From: the human T2T-CHM13v2.0 reference genome, Homo sapiens
Direction: 5' to 3' (one strand)
Length of the DNA stretch: 64,000 nt
NCBI RefSeq assembly: GCF_009914755.1
Contig: NC_060925.1
The position numbers were made by a program, and so were the translations under genes. Numbering within the stretch: position 1 is the first letter of the stretch; every line of letters begins with the position of its first letter. Below the pieces are notes generated by a model. That model was not told the DNA's origin. It did no database searches and was given only the letters and a program-made list of their open reading frames with translations. Shown in pieces: positions 30,641 through 52,150 of the stretch.

Positions 30641-30918
30641 TACTGACATGGAAATATATCTGCTCCAGAGTAAATGGACAAAAAGCAAACCACAATACAG
30701 TACAGTGGTTAGAAATGTAGATTCTGGATTTGAATGGCAGCTCCTTCACTTACTTAACCTTTATAAAACTTTCTGAGCTTGTTTCCCCATTTGGAAAATG
30801 AGAATAATACTGTAGTCCCCCCTTCTCTGTAGTTTTGCTTTCTGTGGTTTCAGTTATTCATGGTCAACCCCTGTCCAAAAATATTAAATGGAAAATTCCA
30901 GAAATAAACAATTCATAA

Positions 30919-31233
<315 letters not shown>

Positions 31234-31346
31234 TAAGTTTTAAATTATGCATCATTATGAGTGGCATGTGAAATCCTGCATCCTTCTGCTCCATCCTGCC
31301 TGGAACATCAATCATCCTTTTGTTCAGTGTATTTACACTGTCTATC

Positions 31347-31687
31347 CAGCAGTCTCCAACATCTTGGCACCAGGGACTGGTTTCATGGAAGACAATATTT
31401 CCACGGATAGCAGGGTGGGGGAGGGTGGTTTTGGGATGGAACTGTTCCAGCTCAGATCATCAGGCTTAGATTCTCATAAGGAGCATGCAACCTAGATCCC
31501 TGGCATGTGAAGCTCACAATAGGGTTCGTGCTTCTATGAAAATCTAATGCCATGCTGATCTGACAGGAGGCGGAACTCAGGCGGTAATCTCGCTCGCCTG
31601 CCAACGCTCACCTCCTGCTGTTCAGTCCAGGTTCCTAACAGGCCTTGGACCTGTACCAGTCCATGGCCCAGGGGTTGAGGACCCCTG
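31347..31687 (+). mobile_element. MER1B (hAT-Charlie)
   Basis: ggcaccagggactggtttcatggaagacaat...ggggttgaggacccctg; imperfect gtctat(a)c TSD. Confidence 0.85.
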
Positions 31688-31909
31688 GTCTATACCACCT
31701 GCCATTAGTCATTCAGTAGCCTTCTTGGTTATCAGATTAGCTGTTTTACTATTGCAGTGCTTGTGTTCAAGTAACCCTTAGTTTACTTCATAATGGCCCC
31801 AGAGTGCAAGAGCAGTGATGCTACTATGTTCTGTTTTATTACTATTGTTGTTCATCTCTTACTGTGCTTAATTTTTATCATAGGTACGTATATATAGGAA
31901 AAAGCACAG

Positions 31910-31959
31910 ATTACATTTTAATGCCAAAAACTGCCGGAATTACTTTTGCACCAACCTAA
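31910..31959. mobile_element. MADE1/Hsmar1 terminal inverted repeat (right half)
   Basis: aattacttttgcaccaacctaa. Confidence 0.85.
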
Positions 31960-32954
31960 TGTAAGGTTCAGTATCATCTTCAGTTTCAAGCATACACTGG
32001 GGGTCTCGGAATGTATCCCCCAAGGATAAGGGGGAACCACTGTAATGACACCTAGTCCTTGGATAATATAATGCATAGGAAACAGTACAGTTCCTGGCAT
32101 ATGGCAAGCCCTCAATGAATGGTAGGATTATGATGATTCAAGTGATGGCAATGATGACAGAGTAGTAAATACTGGTGATCCCTTTTAGATAATTTTTTTC
32201 AGCATATGGTACTTTCTTCTTTCTTTCTTTTATTTTTTGAATGCTAGTAGAGATTAAAAGATGCTACTTAACTCAAGGTGTAGATAAGCCGTGAAGTACA
32301 CAACTTTGTCAATGTACTTCAGCTTTGACAAAATGTACACAGCTGTGACAAAATGGCTTTGTCAATTATCACAGTTCTGTCCCTCAGCCTCAGCTAAGAT
32401 AATTCATAGAGATTTTCCCTACAAAGTCTGACATAGTCATTCTGAGATGACCTAATAGCTGGGGAGTGCTTTTCTTCCCCTATAAAATAACAAGTCCCAT
32501 TCCTTCCCTATCCTCAAAGGATCACCAACATTTTTAAAACATTTCTAAAACATTTCAAATGTTAGAAACATTTTTCTGTCTTATGAGTGGAATTGCAATA
32601 GAAGGAATGAAATGAAATAGTGGGTGAAAGTACTTAAATGCTAGTTACTAAGACCGAGATCATTGCAGAAGGAGACTACAGCAACAGTCCAGTGTTATTC
32701 ATGGGATGGGTACAGGTACTCCTGGTGCAGGCAGGAAAGTATTTAAATACCACACACCCACCAACCTTGAAACCTTGAGCCACGCTTAGGTGGCAGGGAT
32801 TCCTCACTACTTACCTATAAATTGGGAATAACAATAGCAGCTTTCCCTGCCAGGGAGAATAAATCTGGTAATAGATGCAAAGACCTTACTCCACTGCCTG
32901 GCACAAAGGAAACTCTAAAGTAGAAGCTGCTATTATTACTAATTATTATTATTA

Positions 32955-33235
32955 TTCTTTTTTAGAGACAAGGTCTAGCTCTGTCTCCCAAGCTGGTCTC
33001 AAATTTCCTGGCCTTAAGCAATCCTCCTGCCTCAGCCTCCCAAGTAGCTGAGATTACAGTCATTAGCCACCATGTGTGGCTTCTAAATATATGTATTATA
33101 TTTATTATATATGTATTATTATTATCAATTTTTTAAATAGAGGCAAGGTCTCACTATGTTGCCCAGGCTGGTTTCGAACTCCTGAGCCCAAGTGATCCTC
33201 CTGTCTTGGCCTCCCAAAGTGCTAGGATTACAGGC
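32955..33235 (-). mobile_element. Rearranged old Alu (J/FLAM-like) with AT-rich linker
   Basis: Alu monomer consensus twice. Confidence 0.8.
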
Positions 33236-35967
33236 TCCTAGTTATAATTTTTAGGCCCAGGCACTCTGCTAGGCCCTTCATATGTTAAAATGATAGCCCC
33301 ATAAGGCAGGATCATTATCCCATTTTATAGAAGAGGAGCCTATGGCTGAGATAAGTCATTTGTCCAAGTCACACAGCTGTTAAGTGGTGGGGCCAGGAGT
33401 TGAACCCAGGACTGGCTGGTGCCTAAGCCTTAGGGGCAGCCCAAGCAACCAACACTGTGACTCAGGTTTGTTCCATTCCTCCTTCCCTGCCTCATTCCTG
33501 CGAGCTGCTGACAGTCACACTGTTTATTTTCTGAGAGATAACAGTCTCTCTCAGAACAGGGACCATTTTACAGATGATGAAGCTGAGATCCAGAGAAGGA
33601 AAATGGCTTGCACAAGATTAAAAGCTGGCTAGGGTAAATGCTACCAGCAGATGTGTGGGTTTCTGCCTGTCAATCTCTTCCTGTGTTATTCTGGTCCTAG
33701 TTCTGGCTCATATAGGTGGTCAATAAATACTTGCTGAACTGAAGTGCTGAGTGCTTTATATGCACCGTGCTTATTCATCTCCGCATTGACCCTGAAAGGT
33801 ATTACTGTCCCTATTGTACAGATGAGGAAACAGACCTGTACATGGAACTGCCTAGATAAATTTGGCCTCTGTACAGGGCCCGGGATGCCTTTCTCAGCAG
33901 CCCCACGTGGAGAGGTAATCCTCCTCCTATATGAACAGCCAGGGGTGAAGCTCCCAGTGGTATTTGACAGATGCTATCAGGGCCCTGGGCCCTTCCAGCT
34001 GGGGCTCAGACTTGTTTGGTAGGAATGTGGTGAAATTACATAGGAACTTACGGCTCACGCATATCTGGCTACACCTGGAGCCCGTATGAAAAGGAGTGTA
34101 CAGTCACCCGTGCCAAGACATTAGCTCAAACTATGTGGCTCCATGGTGGGAGCCAGGAGACCACATGGCAGAAATAGCACTAGACTCAGAAGCCCTGGGT
34201 TCTAGTCCAGGTCCTATCGATAACTCACCGAATAACCTCAGCCAAGCCCCCTTTCCCATCAACTAAATGGAGTCTGGCCTGTAAATGAAATGCTACAGGA
34301 AGGCTCAATATAGAAACCTAGGAAAAGCAGACCTGCTTTGGGAAGGTCAGCAGAGTAGAGCTTATTATTTCTATTTGGTAGACGATCCCCGAAAGTCTAA
34401 CGGCTTAGTTAAGGTAACTCAGGAAGAAGAGGGCCATGTGGCCCCACAGCAAATCATGAAGACAAGGTCAGCCTGTGCCCTCACTACCCGTCCCTGGGCC
34501 TCCAGTGAGAGCAGATGGCCGTGCCCCATCACAGGCAGGGATAGGGCCCCACAGGGATGGCCACACAGTGTCTACACCCTTCATCACAGGATCTATGCCC
34601 ACAGCTGGGGCTGGAGATGCTTGTGCAGGGACAAGATGTGACCTTGCCTCAGACTTGGAGCGGTGCCATGGCTCTGGGAGCTGAGGGAACAATAAAAAGC
34701 TCCAGGATCTACTTCTTGAAATTGATCCTGCAAAAATAATTATGAGTAGGGACAAATATTTAAATCCAAGGATGCTTCTCCAATGACAGGAACAGATTAA
34801 ATACATAATGGCTTATGCAGGTTTTGGCACACCCGTTTGATTGATGTGGAAGAATATGTAATGGTGTACAAAGATGGCCACAATGTATTTTTTGAATGAA
34901 AAAAGCAGATTACAAAACAGTATGTTGTTATGATCTCATTTTTATAAAAACATTTCTTCATACATAGAAAAATAAATGTTAAAATGTTAATATTTTAGGC
35001 TTGAAAATTAAGAATTTTTCTCCTATTTTTGGGTAGTTTCTCCCCATCCAACCTTTTTTTTTTAATGATGAAAACTGCAATGTTACCCAGACCTTGTAAA
35101 AAAAAAAATTCAAACAACAGAGAGTATTATCTGCCTGCCATAACCCTAAGCCTCTGCTAAGGATGATTAATTTTTTTTCTTCTTTTACTTCTCCATATTT
35201 TCAAAATTATTCATAATAAGCATAAATTGCTTTGGCAAAATGCAAGAGAAAACAAAATTTTACAAAAAAGCACAAACAATGCTCTACAGTATGGGCCTGG
35301 CTGGGCAGAGGGCAAAGGCTGGGATCTGGACAGACTCCTCATAAGACAGAGCCCAAGGAGTCTCTGCCCAGGAGGAATTGGCCACTGGTTGACTGAGGCT
35401 CCTTCTTTCCCCATGATGTCCCAGTAGCTGGTGAGAGATCTGGAGTATCGTGTGGTGTGCACAGGACACAGAAAGCCATTTCCTTCTCTAGATATACCAA
35501 CTGACACTGAGGAACGAGGAGCAAGGGGCATAAACCCCAGTTCTGCCTCTGCCAAGCTGTGGGGCCTTGGGCAAGTGACTTAACCTCTCTGAGTCCTCCT
35601 GTGGTAATTGTGATACTAATACCTCTCTCACACATGACAGGGTGACTGTGAAGATTAAATGGCCAGCACGCGGAGGTGTTTGGTCAGTGCTAGCTCCTTC
35701 CCATCCCTGCCCATGTCTGGCACCACTGAGCAGATGGGACTCTGAGAGCAGCATCCTGAGGTCCCTTCACAATAGCTCCTTTGGTGGTCTCGTGGCCCAG
35801 TCCCCAGAATCCAGTCAGGTCTGGGTATAAACAATCTGCTGTAAATGCCTCTACAGAGCCAGATGTCACCCAATTCTGGATGACATGTCTCGGCAGCATT
35901 TAGGTTCTTCCCTATCCAGCCTAAGTGCTACTCTCCCAGACAAACGACCCTGGCTGTGGCCACTTAC

Positions 35968-36017
35968 ATTTTGGCTTCATAGTCCTTCCATGCCTTCTCC
36001 AGCTGTTTTTTGGAATC
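35968..36017 (-). CDS. ASAP3: ASAP3 exon 5 (50 nt; DSKKQLEKAWKDYEAKM), BAR domain
   Basis: KAWKDYE motif; acag|GAT and AT|gtaagt boundaries. Confidence 0.93.
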
Positions 36018-37149
36018 CTGTGGGTTAAAAAAGGACAATTTGCCCAGAGGGAAGCTGGAGCACTGGAATAAACAGTATGCTCTGCTGCCTGTAGGAGGAC
36101 CTGCTAGTGTGCTCCCCTGAGCTGCTCAGAGCCCTTCTCTAACCAGCCCCTGCCCCCACAGTCCTGCTGCAAACCTGCCCCCACCAAACAGGCTCAGCTG
36201 ACCCCATTTCTCAGAGCTAAGGCCCTCCTCCCAGCAGACCTTCTCCTCCCCAGAGATGCCAAGAATCAGTCAGGTTTGGTGGGCCATGGCTTGGGGTGTG
36301 AAGAGATCTTTGGGCTCTACCCTGAGTCCTCTTGCTCAGAAGAGAGATCAGTCATGACCATGAGGATGGGAGGATGAAGGCCAAATTCCCCCTGCCTAAC
36401 TTTAGCCCAGCATTTTCTCCTGCCTGGTGCTAGATCATCCTCTTAGAGCAAGGGTACAGGTCAAGGAACATGCACAGAGAGGTTGAGAAGTCTACCCCAG
36501 GCCATACAGCAAACCAGGGAGACCTGACTACCCCCTGCCTAGCTTGCCTAAGCCTCATCCAGCCAGGCTGCTCACACCCTTCTGAACAACCCCGAGACTC
36601 CCAAGGTGAAAAAGCTGCCTGTCTGGTTTGTGTGGTTAGCAGGCTGGTGCCACGCTGGCAGCCTAGGGCAGGGAGGGAACCCTCTTGGGGGAGCACGGCT
36701 CCTCCCCTGGGCCGTCTGGGGCAGATTGCCCAGAGAGATTATTCTGTCACCTTCTTTGAGCTCCACTCTGCATCCAGCCAAGGGCTGCCAGGCACAGAGA
36801 AAGCAGCTCGAGTATGGGATTCAGGATCCCTGGATTCCCACATGGGCTCTCTACTTCCTAGTTATGTAAACCATCAGCAGGTTACCTAACTCCCTTGGCC
36901 TCGAATTTCAACTGCAAAATGGGGATGAGTGTACCCACAAAGCCTACCTCATAGGATGGTTGTAAGATTTACATGACATGTTTCACACAAGGGGCCTGGC
37001 AGACAGCAGGTCAGCCATCCTAGGCTGACCCGAGCCAGGTCCTCCAGACCTCCCCAGGCTCATCACTCCCGCTAAGACAGCCCCTTCACCTGGCCTCCAC
37101 CCTCAGTCCAGCCCTGCCCCCCAACAGTCTCCTGCCCACCCCTCTTTTA

Positions 37150-37290
<141 letters not shown>

Positions 37291-38514
37291 TCAGGTGACC
37301 GGCATCCAGCCCCTAGGGATTCGGTGTACAGTGAAGCATCACTTGGCAAAGAGAGCAGCGGGGAAGGGAAGTAGGGGAGAGGAAAAGATGTTATCAAAGA
37401 GATGACAGCCAAGTAAGGGGGACCGTCATGGCAGGAGTGCTGAGCCTGCGGGGGGGGACTAGAGGATCCAGCTCTGGGGTCTGCTTAGGATGGCTGACCT
37501 GCTGCCCGCCAGGCTTCCTGTGTGAAAGGGGGCAGGAGGGGAGGCCGAGGTGTGTCAGAGTGAGCCCCTTCCCTGATGGCTCCAGCCTCATCGCTGCACT
37601 GCTCCAGCAGCATCCCACAGTCAATCTCTCCCCTGTTCCTCGCCAGGAGCAGCCTCCCTTCTCCTCTCTGACTCTCTCAAGTTGACCTGTAGTGCACGTC
37701 TGTTGTTCTGGGCTGGCTAACGCTTCAGAGCCTCCCCTATTAATGGTCATAGAACCCCCTTTCCTGTGGGGAACTCCTCCTCTGTGGTCAGATGGGGTAA
37801 ACGCAGAAGTCAGATCTGAGCGGGCACCCCAGCCCCAGGATAGAGGGACTGGATAGGGAACAGGCACGCACCCAAGCCAGCCAATCACAATCCTCGCTGG
37901 GATTTTTCTGCCTAAGTTGTGGGAGAAAGACCATCTTTATTTTGGTAAGATGGGCATCTGGGCCTGCTGGGCTATCCTGTCCACTGAGCAGAGACAGAGA
38001 AACTACCTTAAGAGGAAAGGATAGAGCCTAAGCCAGCTGCGCCCCTGGACTTCTCATTACAGGGGCTAATGAATTCCCTTTTAAAAATTTAACCTAGTTT
38101 GAGTTGGGTTTCTGTGATTTCGCAACCTAAAGAGGCCTAATATTTCAACCAGCTTCCAAGGTACAGCTTGGGTCTCTCCTCCTCCAGGAAGTCTCTCCTG
38201 GCTACTCCTCCCGCCTGGTCTATGCTGATCTCCCCTTTTCTGAACCATGGCAGCACTAGGCCTCTGACACCAGCTGCTGGGTCCTTGAGTTTGTGCCATG
38301 CTGCTGGTATTTCTTGACACTAGTCCACACCCTAGTTTTTCTCTCCCCCACTAGACTGTGGCTCTCTGAGGCAGTCTGACACTTTCCTGTGTCACCAACC
38401 CCTGGTACAATGTCCACTAGACAGCAGACCCCCAGGAAACACTAGTTTGACTGAAACAGGGAGAGAAGAGGTGAAGACAAAGAAGGACACTAATTCAATT
38501 GAACTCAAACACTA

Positions 38515-39105
<591 letters not shown>

Positions 39106-39187
39106 CAAACACTGTTAAAGGCTTTTTACATGCAGGACAGTGTACGAGGCACAGCTATGCCAAGAGCTATAACAATGATAGATTTTA

Positions 39188-39226
39188 TTAGGTTGGTGCA
39201 AAAGTAATTGCTGTTTTGCCATTAAT
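39188..39226. mobile_element. MADE1/Hsmar1 terminal inverted repeat (left half)
   Basis: TA + ttaggttggtgcaaaagtaattgc. Confidence 0.85.
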
Positions 39227-40331
39227 ATAATATTAGCCAACATTTACTGAGCGCTTACCATAAAGTAGGCACTAACTTGCTTAATCCTCATTACCGCTCT
39301 GTGAGGTAGGCAGCATTATTATCCCAGTTTCACAGATGAGAGACCTGGGGCTTGGGCAGACTGAGTGACTTGACCTAGTAAGCAGCAGAGTGAAGATTCC
39401 AAGCTGGAGTCTAGGTCCAAGGTTGGGTGCTTAACCACTGAGCACACTGCCTCTCAAGGATGATGTGGCCCCTGCCAACCAGGGAGGATGCTGGGTAGGA
39501 CTGGAGCCACAAGAGCTGGTCCAGTGCCATGGAGCCTGGAGGGAGATGAGAGGCTTTCCTGGGAGGCAGTGTAGCCAGGCTTATGCTTGGACTCTGGAGC
39601 CAGACAACCTGGGTTCAAACCGAACCGTGTGACCTCGGGCAAGCTGCTTAACCTTGAGGTCCTAGTTTCCTAGCCTGTAAGGTGGAGACAACAGTCACAC
39701 CAGCCCCACAGAGCTGTGCATCCGGATCGAATGAGTGAACACATGAACTAGTGAGAACTGTGCCTGCACATGGGAAGAGCTGCTGTCACAGGGTGGCCTT
39801 GAGGAAAGGACTTGAAGGACCAGAGAGGAGGCAGTCACCAAGGAGGCCATCGGGAAGCAACCCGAGGCCACTGGGCCATGTACAGGGGCTGAGACGCTTG
39901 TGGAGGCAGGGACAGGTCCTGGGATTTAAGTACGAAGCAGATGTGGATTGGGAAAGCAGAGGACAAAGAGGGAGTGAGGAGAGGAGGAGGCGGTGGCAGC
40001 GGTGGTGGTGGCAGTGGCAGCAGTAGTGGTATAAAGGTAGGAACCCCCGAGCCTGTCTCTCCTTTATCCCAAAGCTCCTCCAGGGAACCCTCCCTTGCAC
40101 GGGGCTCTTCCCTGCTGTGAGACCCCCTCTGCTCCTGGGTGAAGAGAAGGAGGAGAACAGAGAGAAGAGTTAGTTGGGTAAGAAGCCAGAGAGAAAGGAG
40201 GATTATCCAAAAGAAGGGTCAGGGCTGGAAAGGGACCTCAGGTCTGAACTCAGGTCAGAGATCAAGGGCAAATTGGGAGAAGGAAGGAAATGGACCCTTT
40301 CCCAGTCAGGTTCTTAAGACCACTAGATTTA

Positions 40332-40541
<210 letters not shown>

Positions 40542-40603
40542 TTAGCTCCAGGCTGGGGCTGGGAGAGGGGCTTCCTGACCAGGCGGGGCACCCAGGAGGC
40601 TCA

Positions 40604-40705
<102 letters not shown>

Positions 40706-42000
40706 TCAGGGATGCCAAGCTGGAATAGGGTGCTTCCTTCAGGAACGCTGTATCTATGATTTCCACCCCCCAACCGCCCTCCAAACAAATACATTGAGTT
40801 TTGCTGTCCTCTGGAACTTATCCCTAGGGTCTTCCTGTTTACCCCACCAAACAAAAAACCACACAGAAACCACAGACCAGTCACACCACTCCAAGAAGAC
40901 CACAGACTTTTCTCCCTGAATCCAATGCAGCGTAAATGTAGTGAGTCAAAGGTACGTGGCATGACAGGGTGTGCCAGGCCTGGGTTTGAATCTTGCCTCT
41001 GGCAGTAGCTGGTGTGTCCGTTAGACAAATCTGTTAACTTCTCTGAGCCTTGAGTGCCTTGTCTACAAAATGGGGATGATACTAGGGGACTTGTGGAGTT
41101 GCTGAGAAGATGAATGATTTGTAAATATGTACAAAATGCTGAGCAAAAGGCCAGAGGGGAGAACACACACATCTCTATGTTCCCTTAAGATACAAAGCAG
41201 GGTACACTTGTTCACCAAACCCCAGGCTCAATAAACAGTTATGTCAGGACAAGGAGGAAGAGGCCAGGATGCTATGGGTGAGCAGAGAGGGGTTGGAGGC
41301 ATTCAGTTACCTGAGTCTGGGGAGATGGCAGAGGGTGGCGGGAGCACACTCCATCACCACTGGGGAGAACTGGAGAGACAACACCAGATAACCCCAAAGC
41401 CCAGAGGCTGCAGAACAAACATCAGAATGTGGGAAAGGCCAGAGATGTGATGGCAAGAAGCAAGTCTCACATGCCCCAAGCAGGCTCAGCCTAGATGGGA
41501 AACACTCCCCCTTTCAGTGGGGCATGGAAGTTGACAACCTCATGAAATCCTTGCGAAATGCACAGTTAACTTGGAAAACACAGAATGTCGAGCTGGAAGG
41601 GGCCCACAGATGAGAAAACTGAAGCCAAGAGATGGGAGGCCCTTACCGAGAGACACATGGTGGGGAAGCCACAGAGCTGGACTTCCCGGGTGCAACAGAA
41701 CAGTGTTCCATCCATGTACCACAGCCCCACCCTGACCCCAGCCCAGCTGTTCTTCCCAGTGACAAAAATAAAATGGGATCAGAGTCTGATTTCCAGAGTT
41801 ACATGACAAGAGTTAGTAAACACATTGGAAATGGTACTGCCAAAGATTCAAAATGATACCCACAGGAGAACATGCATAGGGCAGAACTCAGAGGCAATGT
41901 GGAGTGTTCTCAGAGGCCGGTGGCATGTGGGAAGCCTCTGGAGGAAGGGGGGTCTAGTTACGAAGCTCAGCTCCACTACTCGGGGGCTATGTGACCTTGA

Positions 42001-43830
<1,830 letters not shown>

Positions 43831-43879
43831 CTAGATACATTCTGAGGAGTCTTCCCATCCCATGACACCCATTTTCTGA

Positions 43880-44489
43880 AAACTGCCCTCCCTTCCTCTG
43901 GAGGTGGGCCCCTGCAGCCTTGTTTGTTCTAGCCAGAGTCGACAGACACCTGGTTCAAGCTAAACCAATCAGATTCTCTCTCCCACCTGACCCAAGCTGG
44001 ACCAATCAGATTCTCTCTCCAAGGACTTTGGAATTGGGCTCTGGAAAGCTAGTTGACTGACTGAAATGCTAAAGCTGGGATGTCCTTCCTGCCACATGCA
44101 GAGAGAAAAGAACAGAGCAGATGTGTAGAAAGACATGAACAAGCCCCACACCGCCACAGCAAGGCAGAAGAGGAAGAGTGGTGCTGGTTTCTGGCAACTT
44201 TCCAGATGCTACCTCTTCAGAGGCAACCTCCACACATTATGTCTTTGGTGAAATTCCATGAAATACCCCTGAATCCACCCAACGAAGTTCCTTTAAGCAA
44301 GTTTGAGAAGATTTCCCTTCCCTGCAGTGTGGCAGAGATCACTGGGTGGCTCCCAGTGTCCATTCTCTCTTCTTCCTTCACAAGAAACCTGACTTTTCAG
44401 ATGGCCACTTGGCGACCTAGAATAAAGACTACATTTCCTACCTTGCAGCTAACTGTGGTCATGGGACTAAGTCCTGGCCATGGAATATA

Positions 44490-44490
<1 letters not shown>
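43880..44490. mobile_element. MLT1-like (MaLR) LTR fragments
   Basis: ccaatcagattctctct and ccttgcagctaactgtggtcatgggactaagtcctggcca motifs. Confidence 0.55.
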
Positions 44491-45860
<1,370 letters not shown>

Positions 45861-45874
45861 TTTAGAAAAAAAGG

Positions 45875-47279
<1,405 letters not shown>

Positions 47280-47993
47280 TCAAGGACATCATCATTGAAG
47301 GGAAGAAAAAGCCATTATAAGCAGACACTTATCATGCAATGTGATGAGGGCTATGATGGAAGGTTCCTGGGAGTCCAGGGAAAACAGAGCCATGTCTGCT
47401 TTGAAGGAATGGGGAAGGCGTCCCTTAAGCTGTGTTGCTTAACTCTGGCCCCTGGACAGGCAGAAAAGAGACTAAAGAGACTACACTATGAGGTAGAGGG
47501 GAGGGAATGCTTGGTAAAAAATGGTAGGACTGCCAGGAAGGGAGGCGTGCTCTGGGAAGAACGGACAAGGACAGGAACATAGTTCCTCCATTCATTCATT
47601 CATTTCAACAAGCATTTCTTGGTGACTGTTTCAGCCAGGCATGGTGCCAGATGGTGGGGACACATAAGACATGGCCCCTTCCTTCAAGAGAAGCACAGAC
47701 TTAAGAACATGCAAGTGCCCATAGGGAGCATGAAAAGGGAAAAGTTCTAATTACTCCTTTCTCAAGAAAATATCTGAAAATCATTTACACTGGTTGATAA
47801 CACCTATCCTGTGGTATAATAGGGCTCAAAGATTTAAGCTAAAGAAATGCAGGTTTTTTTTTTAATCCACTCATCCACACACTCATAAAAAAATTTAGTT
47901 TTAAGGAGACGATTCTGATAGTAGCCTGGGGAAAGGAAGGTATTTTGAGGAAAGGCAGAGGTTTCCAGAGTGCTATGATGAGTCAGTAACTAA

Positions 47994-49387
<1,394 letters not shown>

Positions 49388-49964
49388 TTCTAATTCTCTT
49401 CAGAGATGCAGTACATCATCATTGCTAAAAGTATGGGGCTGTCCCCAAACTACCTGGATTTGAATTCCAGCTCCACCAGGTACCTGATGTGATCTCTCAG
49501 TCCCTCAATTTCCCCATTCATAAAATGAAGATGATAATATTGCGTACCACATAAGGTTACTGGGGAGATTAAGTAAATTCTATAGGTAAAGTGCTTAGAA
49601 TACTGTCCACTATTTGATAACTAAAAATGTTATCTACTTCAAAATTAAATTGAATTTGGTTTAGGAATTTCTCAACTTTCATTGAATTAATTAAACATAT
49701 CTCCCCACACCCCCAACTCCATGTTGATCCTCGTCAGCAAGCTGTGGGGAAGCACAGGTGGAGAGGGACCACAGCAGACCTCTGCCGCCGGGCAGGGAGA
49801 GTGCAAGCAGCATGTCCCAAGTGCCTGCTCTGTGCAGCCTCATTACTTGTCACTATCCTGGCCACTCTTTGAGGAAGGCATTGCCATTCCCATTTTAAAG
49901 ATGAAGCTGTCAGGAGGAGGAACATGTCCAAGTCACCCAGTGATGAACAGTGGCAGAGCTGTAA

Positions 49965-50282
49965 CTTTTTTTCTTTTTTTTCTTTCTTTTTTTTTTGGGG
50001 GGGGATAGACTCTCACTCTCGCCCAGGCTAGAGTGCAGACACACAATCTCAGCTCACTGCCACCTCTGCCTCCTGGGTTCAAGCGATCCTCCTGCCTCAG
50101 CCTCCTGAGTAGCTGGGTTTACAGGCGTGTGCCACCATGCCCAGCTAATTTTTGTATTTTTAGTAGAGACAGGGTTTCGCCATCTTGACCAGGCTGGTCT
50201 CGAACTCCCGACCTCAGATGATCTGCCCACCTCGGCCTCCCAAAGTGCTGGGATTACAGACATGAGCCACTGCACCTGGCCC
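49965..50282 (-). mobile_element. Alu
   Basis: Alu consensus. Confidence 0.93.
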
Positions 50283-51233
50283 AGAGTTACAATTTAAATC
50301 CAGGACTAGCCAAATCCAGGGCCAATGTTCTTTCCCCATCTCTAAGCTGCCCCACAAAGTTAGGGGGCACAGCTTATTTGATCTTGGGACTGGATCTGCC
50401 TCCAAACCTAAATCCCAATTCTACCACCTCTACCATATTCCCTCACCATCCCCTCAGGCTTAGGAAAGGGAGAAGGCAGGGCACAGAGGGAGATCTGTCC
50501 AAGGAAAACAAGGTTGACAGCAATGGTGAGGCCCCGAATACAAACACTGTAAAGGATGTCCTACTGAAAAGAAAACGGATTTGTTCAGGCTGGCCTCAGA
50601 GAGGATTCCCAGGACTGAGAGGTGGAAGTTAGGGAGGCAGAAACAGACTTCAGCTCAAACAGGGGACATTTCTAAGGAAGAACAGGCCACCCCTGAAGGC
50701 AGTGAGCTCCCTGTCACTTGAAGTATTCAAATACTTTAGGTGCTAGAGAGTGATTCAGACACTGGATTTTGGATTAGAATGGACAGCTATTTAGATTTCA
50801 TTCAAAGCTAAGAGTCAATGGATCCATGCAAGAGCCTGGCAGGCACTGGGCAAAGGTGGCTGAAACACATCTTAGTGTAAGAGACACGTCTGAGCTTGGA
50901 AAGCCCACTGGAGTCCTTTGGGCAGCCTACCCTGGCTGGCCCTAAACAAGGCCTAAATTCCAGCTGCTGGCACTGCCCTTTGTGTCCCCTACCCTGATCC
51001 CAACATACACACACACCATGCTCTGGCTCTCTGGTTTGTGTTCTCTGCAGGCAAAAGACCACAGATGGCAGCACTAGGCCATGCCCAGCTGCCCTGCCTA
51101 GAAGGGCCTTCTGCATGCCCCCTTCTGGGTCAGGATTCATCAATAGGACCCATTCTTCATTCCCATGGTTTCTCAGAGCCAGCTGTGGTTACCAAGGCAA
51201 CTCAAGCCAAGGGGGCAGAGCTGCTAGAGCTAA

Positions 51234-51887
<654 letters not shown>

Positions 51888-52150
51888 TGACTGTGGATTT
51901 GGTTCATCATTCTGTTAAGATATGATGGTAGCCTCTACCAATTAAACTAGAGTTGGCAGAGGAGATGAAAAACATTTTCTATCTTTGCTTTGGACTATGG
52001 TGTTGTTCCTTAAGAGACGAAGTCACAGAATATTAGAGATTATCTAACATTACCTCCTCATTTTACAGACTGCAAAATAAAGGCTCAGGTGAGTTTCTTG
52101 CCCCAGGTTTCACTGGAAATGCAAACAAACTAAGAAACAAATACAAACTA

